From Maledivibacter halophilus (lineage in GTDB: Bacteria; Bacillota; Clostridia; Peptostreptococcales; Caminicellaceae), in contig NZ_FUZT01000009.1 of assembly GCF_900167445.1 (NCBI RefSeq), positions 169,058-201,057 on the forward strand: a stretch of 32,000 nt of DNA, read 5' to 3'. Of the stretch, positions 18,098 to 27,745 are shown in pieces. Every line of letters begins with the position of its first letter. Position 1 is the first letter of the stretch. The position numbers were made by a program, and so were the translations under genes. The notes beneath the pieces are model-generated. The model had not been told where the DNA came from, made no database searches, and saw only the letters and a list, made by a program, of their open reading frames with translations.

Positions 18098-19321
18098 ATG
18101 AAAAAACGAGCTATTGTATTGATAATAGACAGTTTAGGAATAGGATATATGGATGATGTTAAAAGGGTTCGCCCTCAGGACGAAGGTGCAAATACCTTTT
18201 ATCATATTTTAGATAAATCAAAGGATATAAAAATACCCAATCTAGAAAGATTAGGAATAAATAGAGTCCTTAGACATCCAAGATTAAAGAAAGACATAGG
18301 AATTGCTAGCTATGGAATACTCAATTTACAGCATTATGGTGCTGACAGCTATGCAGGTCATCAGGAGATAATGGGAACTAAACCTAAAAAGCCTTTGATG
18401 AAACCCTTTGTATATTTTATGGATAATGTAAAGGCTGCCCTTGAAAAACAAGGATATAAAGTAGAAATACCTAATACCTATAGACCCTATTTATTGGTGA
18501 ATGAACTGGTTGTAGTTGCAGATAATATAGAAACTGATTATGGACAGATTTATAATATTACAGCACCACTGGATCATATATCCTTTGATGAAGTATTAAA
18601 GATAGGGAAGATTGTTAGGAAGAATGTAAAGGTAAATCGCGTAATAGCTTTAGGTGGAAAAGATGTCTCTATAAAAGAAATTATTGATAGTATAGAAAGA
18701 CGAGAAGATGGACTTATAGGAGTAAATTCGCCAAAATCAGGGGTATATAAAAAAGGATACCAGGCAAGACATTTAGGCTTTGGTGTAAACCCAGAAAAGC
18801 AGATTAGTAGTATTTTATCAAAACTAGGAAAAGAAATTACTCTTATTGGCAAAATGCAAGATGTTATCAAATGTGATAAAGCAAAAAATATACCAGCAGT
18901 GGATACACAGCTGGTTATGAAAGAAATAATAAAACAACTTCACCAAATGAATGAAGGATTGATTTCAGCAACAGTTCAAGAAACTGATTTGGCAGGGCAT
19001 GCCCAGGATGTTGAGCTTTATGCAAAGAGAATAATGTTAGTAGATAAATATTTAGGTATCATCATAGAAAATATGACTAAGGATGATTTGCTTATAATTA
19101 GTGCTGATCATGGTAATGATCCTACAATTGGTCACAGCCAACATACTAGGGAAAAGACTTTTTTACTGGCATATAGTAAAAGATTAAGTAGTAATTATAT
19201 TGGAGAAAGAAAAACACTATCGGATATAGCTGCAACAATTGGTGAGTATTTTAATTCATTATCACCAGAGAATGGACAGAGTTTTTACAGTTCATTAAAT
19301 AAAAAATCTGATATAAGATAG
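18098..19321 (+). CDS. yhfW: YhfW family phosphopentomutase-like metalloenzyme
   Basis: MKKRAIVLIIDSLGIGYMDDV and LIISADHGNDPTIGHSQHTREKTFLLAYS motifs. ATG 18098 preferred over ORF-track start 18056. Confidence 0.87.
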   Translation: MKKRAIVLIIDSLGIGYMDDVKRVRPQDEGANTFYHILDKSKDIKIPNLERLGINRVLRHPRLKKDIGIASYGILNLQHYGADSYAGHQEIMGTKPKKPLMKPFVYFMDNVKAALEKQGYKVEIPNTYRPYLLVNELVVVADNIETDYGQIYNITAPLDHISFDEVLKIGKIVRKNVKVNRVIALGGKDVSIKEIIDSIERREDGLIGVNSPKSGVYKKGYQARHLGFGVNPEKQISSILSKLGKEITLIGKMQDVIKCDKAKNIPAVDTQLVMKEIIKQLHQMNEGLISATVQETDLAGHAQDVELYAKRIMLVDKYLGIIIENMTKDDLLIISADHGNDPTIGHSQHTREKTFLLAYSKRLSSNYIGERKTLSDIAATIGEYFNSLSPENGQSFYSSLNKKSDIR

Positions 19322-19344
19322 TAATAATAAAATCATATGAAAAA

Positions 19345-19380
19345 AGACCTCTTTTATTTTGACAAGAGGTCTTTTTCTAT
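19345..19380. terminator. Rho-independent terminator after yhfW
   Basis: AAAGACCTCTT-ttattttgac-AAGAGGTCTTT-TT, 11-bp stem with flanking A and T tracts. Confidence 0.9.
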
Positions 19381-19393
19381 TTAAGTAGAAATC

Positions 19394-19603
19394 CTATTCA
19401 AAATCTGAATCTTCATAAAATCGTGATGGGTCTATTATATCTTCGTCCTTTTTCATTGACCAAGGCATAACATATGCGTTTTGCTGTTTGGGTATAATAT
19501 CATAATCATGGGAATTATAACTTTTATCTATTAGATTCATGGCTTCCTTGGCACTAGTATAATCCTTATCCTTTGTGTTTTTTTGTTTTGTCATCTTATT
19601 CAC
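19394..19603 (-). CDS. Small hypothetical protein (69 aa)
   Basis: Acidic, Tyr-rich ORF with GAGGTG RBS-like sequence upstream on the minus strand; no recognised family. Confidence 0.5.
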   Translation of the reverse strand: MNKMTKQKNTKDKDYTSAKEAMNLIDKSYNSHDYDIIPKQQNAYVMPWSMKKDEDIIDPSRFYEDSDFE

Positions 19604-19907
19604 CTCTTTATTTTAATGGAGTAAGATAATTGCATAATGTATATAAATTTCTAACTGAAATCCCTACAATATTTATTTGTAAATATGAATTAAATATGCA
19701 ATTTTCTCAAATAGTATTTATATTATATTATTTCTTATAAAATAAAAATTATTATAGATAAAACAATTGCATGATTATTCAGATAAATAGTTTTAACTTG
19801 ATTTCTCTATGATTTAAAAATTTTGGTATAATAGTTATATATAACTATGTTGAAATTTAGATTGTGGAGGCTAAATATTATTATGTAAAATTTAAAATTT
19901 TTAGGAG

Positions 19908-20228
19908 GTGAAGAAAATTACATATAATTCTAAATTAGTCACGGATTTTTTAGATGAGTTGTTTGATGCTATTTTACTACTAAAGGATAGAGAAGAATGT
20001 TACAGGTTTTTTGAAGATATTTGTACTATTAAAGAGCTGCAGGCAATATCCCAAAGGCTGCAGGTGGCAAAGCTGCTAAGAGCAGATAAAACTTATCATG
20101 AAGTAGAGAAAATAACCGGTGCAAGCACAGCAACAATTAGTAGAGTAAATAAATGTCTTCTTTATGGTGCAGACGGATACAATATAATATTAGACAGAAT
20201 TGATAAAATGGAAGGGGAAAGTAAATAA
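19908..20228 (+). CDS. YerC/YecD family TrpR-related DNA-binding protein
   Basis: ELFDAILLLKDREECYRFFEDICTIKELQAISQRLQVAKLL...TYHEVEKITGASTATISRVNKCL; start codon uncertain (see finding). Confidence 0.9.
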   Translation: MKKITYNSKLVTDFLDELFDAILLLKDREECYRFFEDICTIKELQAISQRLQVAKLLRADKTYHEVEKITGASTATISRVNKCLLYGADGYNIILDRIDKMEGESK

Positions 20229-20461
20229 TTGAGTAAATTGCATAATATATGTAAAGAATTTTAAAATTAATAATGTTAATTATGCAAGTTTCTTAATTAA
20301 GTACAATTGAATAAAGGAAAAAAGAGGAGCAGAAATTAGTTTGCAGAAAAAATCTTATAGTGAAAAAGCATGAGGATATCGTAGTCTGTATTAATAATTT
20401 TATATTTATTGAATTTTAGGTATTTATATTTTTAGTATTCATAAAAGTTTTTATAAAAGAA

Positions 20462-20480
20462 GGAGGCAAAATGCCTCCAA
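20462..20480 (-). terminator. Terminator of the thi operon
   Basis: GGAGGC-aaaat-GCCTCC; on the minus strand followed by TTCTTTTAT. Confidence 0.75.
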
Positions 20481-20483
20481 ACT

Positions 20484-21083
20484 TTAGATGCTTTTTACTT
20501 TTTCAGATAATTTTCTAGCTGATGAATATGGGTCAAGGGATGACATTATATATGACATCACTGCCACTCCATCTGCTCCTGCTTTAATAATATCTCGAAT
20601 ATTTTTTTCATTAATTCCCCCAAGGGCTATAACGGGAATATTGACTTTAGATTTAATATTTTTTATTAAATTAATTCCTTTAGGTTTAAGTCCTTTTTTA
20701 CAATCAGTTTCAAAAATATGACTGGCTAAAATATATTTAGCTCCATATTTTTCAGCATCTATTGCTTCCTTTACACTATGGACTGATAATCCAAACAGTA
20801 CTCCATTTAAATCTGGTTTGTGGTTTTCAAAATCCTTAATACCTATATGAAAAAAGTTAGCATTAGAAATTATAGCGGATTTTAAGTTCCCATTAATTAT
20901 TAATTGAGCACTAAAGGAATTAGTTATATTTCTCAGTTTGAATACAATGGGAAGCAGTTCTTTATATGCTAAATCCTTTTCACGAAGTATGACTGCTTCG
21001 GTTCCACCCCGTAGAGCTTCTAAAACTACACTGTATAGATTACCAGATTTTATTAATTTCCTATTGGTTATGAGATAAAGCAC
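20484..21083 (-). CDS. thiE: Thiamine phosphate synthase (ThiE/TenI family)
   Basis: LRGGTEAVILREKDL, IINGN, GLSVHSVKEA, VIALGGINEKNIRDIIKAGADGVAVMS. Confidence 0.88.
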   Translation of the reverse strand: MLYLITNRKLIKSGNLYSVVLEALRGGTEAVILREKDLAYKELLPIVFKLRNITNSFSAQLIINGNLKSAIISNANFFHIGIKDFENHKPDLNGVLFGLSVHSVKEAIDAEKYGAKYILASHIFETDCKKGLKPKGINLIKNIKSKVNIPVIALGGINEKNIRDIIKAGADGVAVMSYIMSSLDPYSSARKLSEKVKSI

Positions 21084-21084
21084 A

Positions 21085-22398
21085 TTAGTCGTCCTCTCTC
21101 AATATATTAATATTTTTTCCTTTCATAACTTTATTCATATTTCTCATTGAACACATTTTCCCACACATTGTACAGCTATCATCGTGCTCTGGAGTAGATT
21201 CCTTCCTATATCTTCTTGCTTTTTCCTCATCAATTGAAAGATTAAACATTTTTTCCCAATTCAGATTTTGTCTTGCCTTACTCATTTCATAATCCCACTG
21301 CTTTGCACCAGGAATATTTTTGGCTATATCTGCTGCATGGGCTGCAATTTTAGTGGCAATAATTCCTTCCTTCATATCTTCAAGATTAGGTAATCTTAAA
21401 TGTTCTGCCGGTGTAACATAACAAAGGAAATCGGCACCATTAGAAGCTGCAATGGCCCCACCTATGGCACTTGTAATATGATCATATCCTGGAGCTATAT
21501 CAGTTACAATAGGTCCTAATACATAGAAAGGAGCACCATGGCAAAGCTTTTTCTCAATAAGCACATTAGCTTTTATTTCATTTATAGCCACATGACCTGG
21601 GCCTTCTATCATTACTTGAACATTTCTTTCCCATGCTCTTTTAGTTAGTTCTCCAAGTATCATTAATTCTTTGATTTGGCTTGCGTCGGTTGCATCATTT
21701 ATACTTCCGGGACGGCAAGCATCTCCAAGGCTAAGGGTAACATCGTATTTTTCACAAATATCAAGAAGCTCATCATAATACTCAAAAAATGGGTTTTCTT
21801 CATTATTAAGTTCCATCCAAGCATAAATAAGAGAGCCACCCCTTGAAACTATGTGATTAAGTCTTCTATTTCTCTTGAAAACCTCAGCAGTTTCTCTGTT
21901 GATTCCTGCATGAATTGTTATAAAGTCAACACCATTTTCAGCATGTTTATGGGCTACGTCTAAGAATTCTTTGGCAGTAATATCCTTAAGCTCTTTATCA
22001 TAGAAACCTACAGCATCATAGATTGGTACAGTTCCAATCATGGCTGGTGACATATCAACAAGCCTTGTTCTAAATTCTTCAGTTTTTCCATAGGAGCTTA
22101 AGTCCATAATGGCTTCTACATTAAATTCTAGAGCTCCTTTTACCTTTTCAAGCTCTTTTTCTATATTATAGCAGTCCTTTGAAATACCAAGATTCACATT
22201 TATTTTTGTTCTTAGTCCTTCGCCAACTCCTTCAGGATTTAAGGACTTATGATTCTTGTTTGCAGGGATTACTATTTTTCCCTCAGCTATTCTTTTTCGT
22301 AATATGTCTATATCCATACCTTCTTTTTTAGCTACTATTTTCATTTCTTCAGTGATAATTCCTTTTTTAGCAGCATCCATTTGAGTTGTATAATTCAT
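21085..22398 (-). CDS. thiC: Phosphomethylpyrimidine synthase ThiC
   Basis: [38 protein letters not shown]-terminal [11 protein letters not shown] iron-sulfur motif. Confidence 0.97.
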   Translation of the reverse strand: MNYTTQMDAAKKGIITEEMKIVAKKEGMDIDILRKRIAEGKIVIPANKNHKSLNPEGVGEGLRTKINVNLGISKDCYNIEKELEKVKGALEFNVEAIMDLSSYGKTEEFRTRLVDMSPAMIGTVPIYDAVGFYDKELKDITAKEFLDVAHKHAENGVDFITIHAGINRETAEVFKRNRRLNHIVSRGGSLIYAWMELNNEENPFFEYYDELLDICEKYDVTLSLGDACRPGSINDATDASQIKELMILGELTKRAWERNVQVMIEGPGHVAINEIKANVLIEKKLCHGAPFYVLGPIVTDIAPGYDHITSAIGGAIAASNGADFLCYVTPAEHLRLPNLEDMKEGIIATKIAAHAADIAKNIPGAKQWDYEMSKARQNLNWEKMFNLSIDEEKARRYRKESTPEHDDSCTMCGKMCSMRNMNKVMKGKNINILREDD

Positions 22399-22422
22399 AT
22401 GTAAATCATCCTTTCATTTATT

Positions 22423-23526
22423 TTATATTTGCAACCAGTCTTTAAACACTGGTTGATAGCCTTTACTTAATAATATTCTTTTCATTTCTTCTACACTGCG
22501 TTTGTCAGAGATTTCAAACTGACTGTCGCTTTTTGTCTTAGAAGAATGACCTCCTACTTCAGTAGATACTCCCCCAGACATTTTGGTAACTCCTAGGGGA
22601 ATAAGATTATCTCTAAAATTTTGACTTTCTCTTGTTGATATTGTTATACCAGCCCTTGGCAGAAAAAGTCTCAGTGCCAGTAATATTTGTACTAAGCTTT
22701 TATCATCTACTAGAAAAATATCGTTAAAGCTTCCTACATGGGGTCTAATCCTTGGAAGGGATACACTTATCTCTGTATCGGAATATTTATTCTGGAGATA
22801 TAGGGCATGAAGTCCTGTGAAAAAGCCTTCCTTTCTCCAATCGTCTAATCCTAAAAGTGCTCCAATATTTACACTATGGATTCTTGCTTTACATGCTCTT
22901 TCCGGTGCATTTAATCTAAAATCATAATTTTTCTTTGGACCGGCTATATGAACCCGATCATATATTTCTTCATTGTAAACTTCCTGATATATTGTAAGGG
23001 AGTCAACGCCAGCCTTTACAACTTTGCTATATTCTTCTTCAGTTAATGGATAAATTTCTATGGCAATAGAATCAAAATATTTTTTAAGAATTTTTACAGC
23101 ATCAATAATATATGACACTGGACTATCCTTTTTTGATTCACCGGTTAATATTAAAATATGTCTCAAACCTGTTTTAGAAATTGCCTTGGCTTCCTGCTCT
23201 ATTTCTTCTAGAGTCAGCTTTTTTCTTATAATATTATTTGAAACATTGAATCCACAGTAAGAGCATTTATTGACACAATGATTAGCAATATACATGGGAG
23301 TAAATAAGTGCATTATTTTACCAAAATTCTGTACCGTTAATCTATGGGATTTTTGGGCCATTTCTTCTAAAAAGTTTTCAGCTGCTGGAGATAATAAAGT
23401 TAAAAAGTCATATTTATCTAGTTTTTCTTTATTAATTACTCTTTGAATATCTTGCTTAGTTATTTCACTAAAGAAATTAGAAAAATCAAAATCCTTTATT
23501 TTGCTGTATTCATTATAGAAGGACAT
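22423..23526 (-). CDS. thiH: 2-iminoacetate synthase ThiH (radical SAM)
   Basis: [14 protein letters not shown] radical SAM Cys motif; [11 protein letters not shown]; between thiC and thiG. Confidence 0.95.
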   Translation of the reverse strand: MSFYNEYSKIKDFDFSNFFSEITKQDIQRVINKEKLDKYDFLTLLSPAAENFLEEMAQKSHRLTVQNFGKIMHLFTPMYIANHCVNKCSYCGFNVSNNIIRKKLTLEEIEQEAKAISKTGLRHILILTGESKKDSPVSYIIDAVKILKKYFDSIAIEIYPLTEEEYSKVVKAGVDSLTIYQEVYNEEIYDRVHIAGPKKNYDFRLNAPERACKARIHSVNIGALLGLDDWRKEGFFTGLHALYLQNKYSDTEISVSLPRIRPHVGSFNDIFLVDDKSLVQILLALRLFLPRAGITISTRESQNFRDNLIPLGVTKMSGGVSTEVGGHSSKTKSDSQFEISDKRSVEEMKRILLSKGYQPVFKDWLQI

Positions 23527-23539
23527 TTTAATACCACCT

Positions 23540-24307
23540 TTACTTATTCAGAAATCCTGTTAATGGAGAAGAAGCCTCTGCAAATTCTTTCTCTGGGGCT
23601 GTTTTTGAAAGATAGGCTATTCTTCCAGCTTTGACACTCAAATTGAAGGCTTTACCCATATTTATAGGATCACCGGCAGTTGCTATTGCAGTATTGACTA
23701 AAACTGCATCTGCTCCTATTTCCATAGCCTCGGCAGCATGTGAGGGCTTACCTATACCTGCATCTACAATAACTGGCAGATTAATTTCATCTATTAGTAT
23801 TCTGATTAATTCCTTAGTTTCGAGTCCCCTATTTGTACCTATTGGAGCTCCTAGGGGCATAACTGCTGCGGCTCCAGCATTTACTAGATTTTTGGCAGCC
23901 ATTAAGTCAGGACTCATATATGGAAGAACTACAAAACCTTCTTTAGCTAAAGTTTCTGTGGCTTTTATGGTTTCATAGTTATCTGGAAGAAGATACTTAT
24001 TATCAGAAATAACTTCGATTTTTATCCAGTTACCACATCCCATAGCCTTTGCAAGTCTTGCTATTCTAACTGCTTCATCGGCATTTCGTGCACCAGAAGT
24101 ATTGGGTAGTAAAATGTAGTCCTTTGGAATATAATCTAATATATTTTCCTCCTTTGATTTCAAATCTACTCTTCTAAGGGCCATTGTAATTACCTTAGAC
24201 TCAGAGCTTTTTATTACGTCTGGAATAATTTTTTTGTTTGGAAATTTTCCTGTGCCTATAAAGAGCCTATTATCAAGTTCTACATCACCAATAATTAATT
24301 TGTCCAT
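23540..24307 (-). CDS. thiG: Thiazole synthase ThiG
   Basis: [73 protein letters not shown]. Confidence 0.97.
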   Translation of the reverse strand: MDKLIIGDVELDNRLFIGTGKFPNKKIIPDVIKSSESKVITMALRRVDLKSKEENILDYIPKDYILLPNTSGARNADEAVRIARLAKAMGCGNWIKIEVISDNKYLLPDNYETIKATETLAKEGFVVLPYMSPDLMAAKNLVNAGAAAVMPLGAPIGTNRGLETKELIRILIDEINLPVIVDAGIGKPSHAAEAMEIGADAVLVNTAIATAGDPINMGKAFNLSVKAGRIAYLSKTAPEKEFAEASSPLTGFLNK

Positions 24308-24309
24308 TT

Positions 24310-25125
24310 TTACACATCCTTTTCTCCCATTATTATTCTCAAAACTGTATTGGCTTGATGGTTAGCAGCAATTGCAACTCTAGGAGACATAAGTCCACAT
24401 CCGGGTTTTGCTTCAGATACATCATCCCCTATTAAATAAAAATTTTCTCTAATTTTTTTTGTTGCTATGGTATTGCTGGAAAAATAGCCTGCCAATCCAG
24501 AGGCTGCCACTATCTTTTTTTCAGGCATTTTCTGTAATACAATATTTATGAGCTTCGCCTTGGATCTGGGATTATCAAAGGCTTCAACTATTATGTCTAC
24601 ATCAGAGAAAATTTCTTCTACATTGTTTTCATCTATATAAGTATCTTTAGTTTCTATTTTTACAAAGGGATTGATTTTTGAAATTAAATCTTTCATAGCT
24701 TCAGTTTTTTTCATTCCCAAATGCTTTATAAAGTATTGCTGTCTGTTTAAATTACTAGGTTCAACTATATCAAAGTCTATGAGTTTTAAATATCCTATTC
24801 CAATTCTAGCCAGTGAAATTGAAGCATTTGAGCCCAAGCCTCCAAGTCCAGCAATTCCAACTCTGGCTTTTTTTATTTTTTCATGAACTCCCGGCGTATG
24901 ACGTGATATCATAAGGGCTTCAAGCTCTTCATAGGATGGTATTTCGCCTTTTTTTATAAGGCTTATTCTATCCTGCTTTTTAAGGGGAATATCTTCACTT
25001 ATGATAAATCCGTTGTGAATTACTATATCTGCATTGGGTCTATAGCTTTCTTTTATAGAAAAAGCTGTAGCCTTATTATCTACAATAATGAGTTTTTCGT
25101 TAAGGAAGATTTCCATTCTAACCAC
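24310..25125 (-). CDS. thiF: ThiF/MoeB-family sulfur-carrier adenylyltransferase with an N-terminal beta-grasp-like extension
   Basis: [43 protein letters not shown]; N-terminal [19 protein letters not shown] resembles ThiS. Confidence 0.93.
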   Translation of the reverse strand: MVRMEIFLNEKLIIVDNKATAFSIKESYRPNADIVIHNGFIISEDIPLKKQDRISLIKKGEIPSYEELEALMISRHTPGVHEKIKKARVGIAGLGGLGSNASISLARIGIGYLKLIDFDIVEPSNLNRQQYFIKHLGMKKTEAMKDLISKINPFVKIETKDTYIDENNVEEIFSDVDIIVEAFDNPRSKAKLINIVLQKMPEKKIVAASGLAGYFSSNTIATKKIRENFYLIGDDVSEAKPGCGLMSPRVAIAANHQANTVLRIIMGEKDV

Positions 25126-25309
25126 CGCCTACTAGACTAATAATTTCAATTTTATCTTTTTTGTTAAGCATAAAATTTTTATAGTTTTCCCTGGAAATGA
25201 TTTTAAAGTTTACTTCTACAACTACTTTATTCATGTCGAGATTTAGATTTTTAAGCAGATCGAGAATTGTAATATTTTGAAAATCCATTTTCTTGTCATT
25301 TACTATCAT
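25118..25309 (-). CDS. thiS: Sulfur carrier protein ThiS
   Basis: 63 aa, ends VGGG after [14 protein letters not shown]; first gene of the thi operon. Confidence 0.9.
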   Translation of the reverse strand: MIVNDKKMDFQNITILDLLKNLNLDMNKVVVEVNFKIISRENYKNFMLNKKDKIEIISLVGGG

Positions 25310-25351
25310 GCCGGACCTCCTTTCATTGATTGATGGTTAAAGTAAAATAGT

Positions 25352-25372
25352 TAAAGTTAATATATAACTTTA
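25352..25372. promoter_or_regulatory. Operator-like palindrome 1 (TAAAGTTA-N5-TAACTTTA)
   Basis: Perfect 8-bp arms with 5-nt spacer. Confidence 0.5.
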
Positions 25373-25411
25373 TATATTTATGTAATCATTGAAAAATGTT
25401 ACCTTCATAGC

Positions 25412-25432
25412 TAAAGTTAAAGTTTAACTTTA
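25412..25432. promoter_or_regulatory. Operator-like palindrome 2 (TAAAGTTA-N5-TAACTTTA)
   Basis: Identical arms and spacing to palindrome 1. Confidence 0.5.
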
Positions 25433-25590
25433 AGTATAGAGAAACAATTTATACATCATAAACAATCCTAGGAGCATAGATGTTTTTAAAATCTATAAAT
25501 AAACCTTTTAATCAGTTAAATTTAGATGGTTTAAGTTAATATGGAGCTTTAGGTATCTAGATAGTTGTTGGAAAACCTCATTTTCAAGGT

Positions 25591-25611
25591 TAAAGTTAAA
25601 TTTGAACTTTA
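25591..25611. promoter_or_regulatory. Operator-like palindrome 3 (TAAAGTTA-N5-GAACTTTA)
   Basis: One mismatch relative to palindromes 1 and 2, same spacing. Confidence 0.45.
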
Positions 25612-25634
25612 AATTGTGAATATGAAATAAAAAA

Positions 25635-25655
25635 GGAAGCAGATAATCTGCTTCC
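25635..25655 (-). terminator. Second rho-independent terminator in the thi leader
   Basis: GGAAGCAGAT/ATCTGCTTCC; on minus strand followed by TTTTTTATTTC. Confidence 0.8.
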
Positions 25656-25731
25656 CTCATAACACTCATAGTATAAGAATATAGTAAGTGAAAATAAATG
25701 TTTTTAATGTTTAACAAGCTTTAAATAAAAA

Positions 25732-25756
25732 ATCACAAATTCTAGGAATTTGTGAT
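25732..25756 (-). terminator. Terminator of the TPP riboswitch expression platform
   Basis: ATCACAAATT-cctag-AATTTGTGAT followed by TTTTTATTTA on the minus strand, ~42 nt downstream of the aptamer. Confidence 0.8.
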
Positions 25757-25798
25757 AAGTAATAAACTATATTATATAAAAATACTTACTATAACACA

Positions 25799-25882
25799 CT
25801 TCCCTACGGTGGGATTAACCACGTCAGGTTATGAGGGTCAGAAATAACATTTCTATCTCAGCCTATTATATAGGCTCCCCTA
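25799..25882 (-). promoter_or_regulatory. TPP (thiamine pyrophosphate) riboswitch aptamer
   Basis: Minus strand reads GGGGAGCCTATATAATAGGCTGAGATAGAAATGTTATTTCTGACCCTCATAACCTGACGTGGTTAATCCCACCGTAGGGA: canonical GGGG...GGCUGAGA, GACCC, AACCUGA, GGUUAAU, CCGUAGGGA THI-box elements. Confidence 0.97.
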
Positions 25883-26059
25883 GTTACTATTAAATTTTTT
25901 CTTCAAAGGAATTATAACATGTTTTGAAGAATTTTACAACATAAATGATTAGTCTAAAAGAAAAAAATTCTTAAAGTACAAATTATTGTAAGAAAATAAT
26001 GGAGGGAAAAGATGGAATATGTAGAATTATAGAAACATACAGAATTTAACATTCTATTA

Positions 26060-26389
26060 TTTATATGTTAGCCAGGCATTAAGTTCTATTAAATTTTTAT
26101 ATAAATATGTTTTAAGCAAGGAAAGAAAAGATAGATATACAATTCTTTCCCAAATAGTTTTAAATATTCTTAGGGAATATGCAAAATATGAAAAACCAGA
26201 AGATTGGTTATTTACAGGAGGAAAAGAAGGTGAATATTTAAAGGAACGATCAGTTCAACTCTTAGATATATACAAGAAGTATTAGGGCATACAAGTTCAA
26301 AGACCACCGAAATATATACTCATGTGAGTAAAACAAACTTAACAAAAATAAAAAGTCCTTTAGATAAAATATTAAAAAAAGACAATTAA
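26060..26389 (+). pseudogene. Degraded tyrosine recombinase (XerC/D- or IntI-like) with two internal deletions
   Basis: Translated pieces: SQALSSIKFLYKYVLSKE | RKDRYTILSQIVLNILREYAKYEKPEDWLFTGGKEGEYLKERS | SSTLRYIQEVLGHTSSKTTEIYTHVSKTNLTKIKSPLDKILKKDN*. The last piece is in a different frame; the central catalytic part is missing. Confidence 0.85.
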
Positions 26390-26437
26390 TATTACTAATA
26401 GAAAGGTTTTAAAGGTATATACAGCTATAGGAAAGCA

Positions 26438-26462
26438 TTACCGACATAAATAGTCGCGTAAC
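26438..26462 (+). repeat. Boundary hairpin motif, copy 0
   Basis: TTACCGACATAAATAGTCGCGTAAC. Confidence 0.45.
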
Positions 26463-26471
26463 ATACTTATC

Positions 26472-26505
26472 TAGAAGTATTAGCGACATGGGTTAGTCGG
26501 TAACG
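26472..26505 (+). repeat. Boundary motif copy 1 (tagaagtattagCGACATgggttAGTCGGTAACG)
   Basis: Near-identical to 28759-28792. Confidence 0.7.
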
Positions 26506-26629
26506 CATTAGTTAGATAAAATTCCCAACTCATTTCGGAGATTACTATTGGGTTATTTAATATTGGATTAGAATATGAGTTGTGAATAATCAATAGATGA
26601 AGTATATTTATGAAGATTGAGGGGATGGT

Positions 26630-27586
26630 TTGATTATGTATCTAAAAAGAAAATATATTAGTCTATTATATGTATTAATAATTGCTCTTACTGTTGGGTG
26701 TAGCAACAGTATGGAAGAAATTGTTTACAATTTTCCTTTAGAAAGAGATGTAGTAGAGCAAGTAATATTAGAGAAACAATTAACTTGGCGCATAGAAGAT
26801 GAACAATCTCTTAACGAAGGCCAATCAAATTTCTCATTAAGAGATGAAGATAACGTTTTTTGCAGTATAAATAGTACAGACGGAGAATGGGGAAGAGTTA
26901 TAATATTACAATTCCATTTTCCACTAGATTATACAACAGAGCAAATACAGCAGTTTAATAAAGAAGAATGGCCTAGTATATTTGAACTTACCTGTACTTT
27001 TTACGGAAATAGTAAAAATGCAAAAAAAATCTATAAAGAGTTTTTAGGTTATTTAAAAGGCAGGAACAGTAATGAATATGATTATGGATACTTTACAAAA
27101 CGTATAGACGATACTCATTTTAGAGTAAAATTAGCTCCATTCACAAATAATAGCAACTATTATCAAATAGCTACTTTAGAAATTTTAAATAGTGAGACTT
27201 ATGAAAAAAGAGCATTTGAATTTGCAAAAGGATGGATAAATAGGGCAAAAAGACAAGGAATAAAAGTATTAGACAATATTAGTGTTTCTGATATTATAGA
27301 AATTAAAACAGAAGATGAGGAATTACGGTTAATTGTTGAAGGTCATTTAGAGGATATTCAAGAATTAAAAAATATACCTAAAAATCTTCAAGAAGTACTT
27401 ACCCATCACGCACATAAGGACGACTATTTTACCGCCAAGTTAGTGGACGATACTAGTAGTATGGATGTGTTTGTTCTTGCTACTTCTCTTAACTCTAGAG
27501 AATTAGGACAAGATAGAAGTCATCATATTAATTATTATACTAAAGGGAAATTAAGTGTTATAAATTTTAGTCCATTAAATGAATAA
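26630..27586 (+). CDS. Hypothetical lipoprotein
   Basis: Signal peptide with lipobox LTVGC; 318 aa; no recognised domain; RBS GAGGGG upstream. Confidence 0.75.
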   Translation: MIMYLKRKYISLLYVLIIALTVGCSNSMEEIVYNFPLERDVVEQVILEKQLTWRIEDEQSLNEGQSNFSLRDEDNVFCSINSTDGEWGRVIILQFHFPLDYTTEQIQQFNKEEWPSIFELTCTFYGNSKNAKKIYKEFLGYLKGRNSNEYDYGYFTKRIDDTHFRVKLAPFTNNSNYYQIATLEILNSETYEKRAFEFAKGWINRAKRQGIKVLDNISVSDIIEIKTEDEELRLIVEGHLEDIQELKNIPKNLQEVLTHHAHKDDYFTAKLVDDTSSMDVFVLATSLNSRELGQDRSHHINYYTKGKLSVINFSPLNE

Positions 27587-27745
27587 AGAATATTTGAATA
27601 ACAAGTATGAATATAAAGTTGCTACTTCTTAAAACATAAAGAAAAATTTACTATTTTCAACTATCATAAAGGTTATTTTAATATAAATGATTTAAAAGAT
27701 ATTTATTTACATTAAATTGAGAATAAAAAATTAAGGAGATTAATA

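Noticed and set aside
25508-25717. 69-aa minus-strand ORF in the thi leader
   Set aside because: Spans a terminator hairpin and one of the operator palindromes; no clear RBS; probably non-coding.
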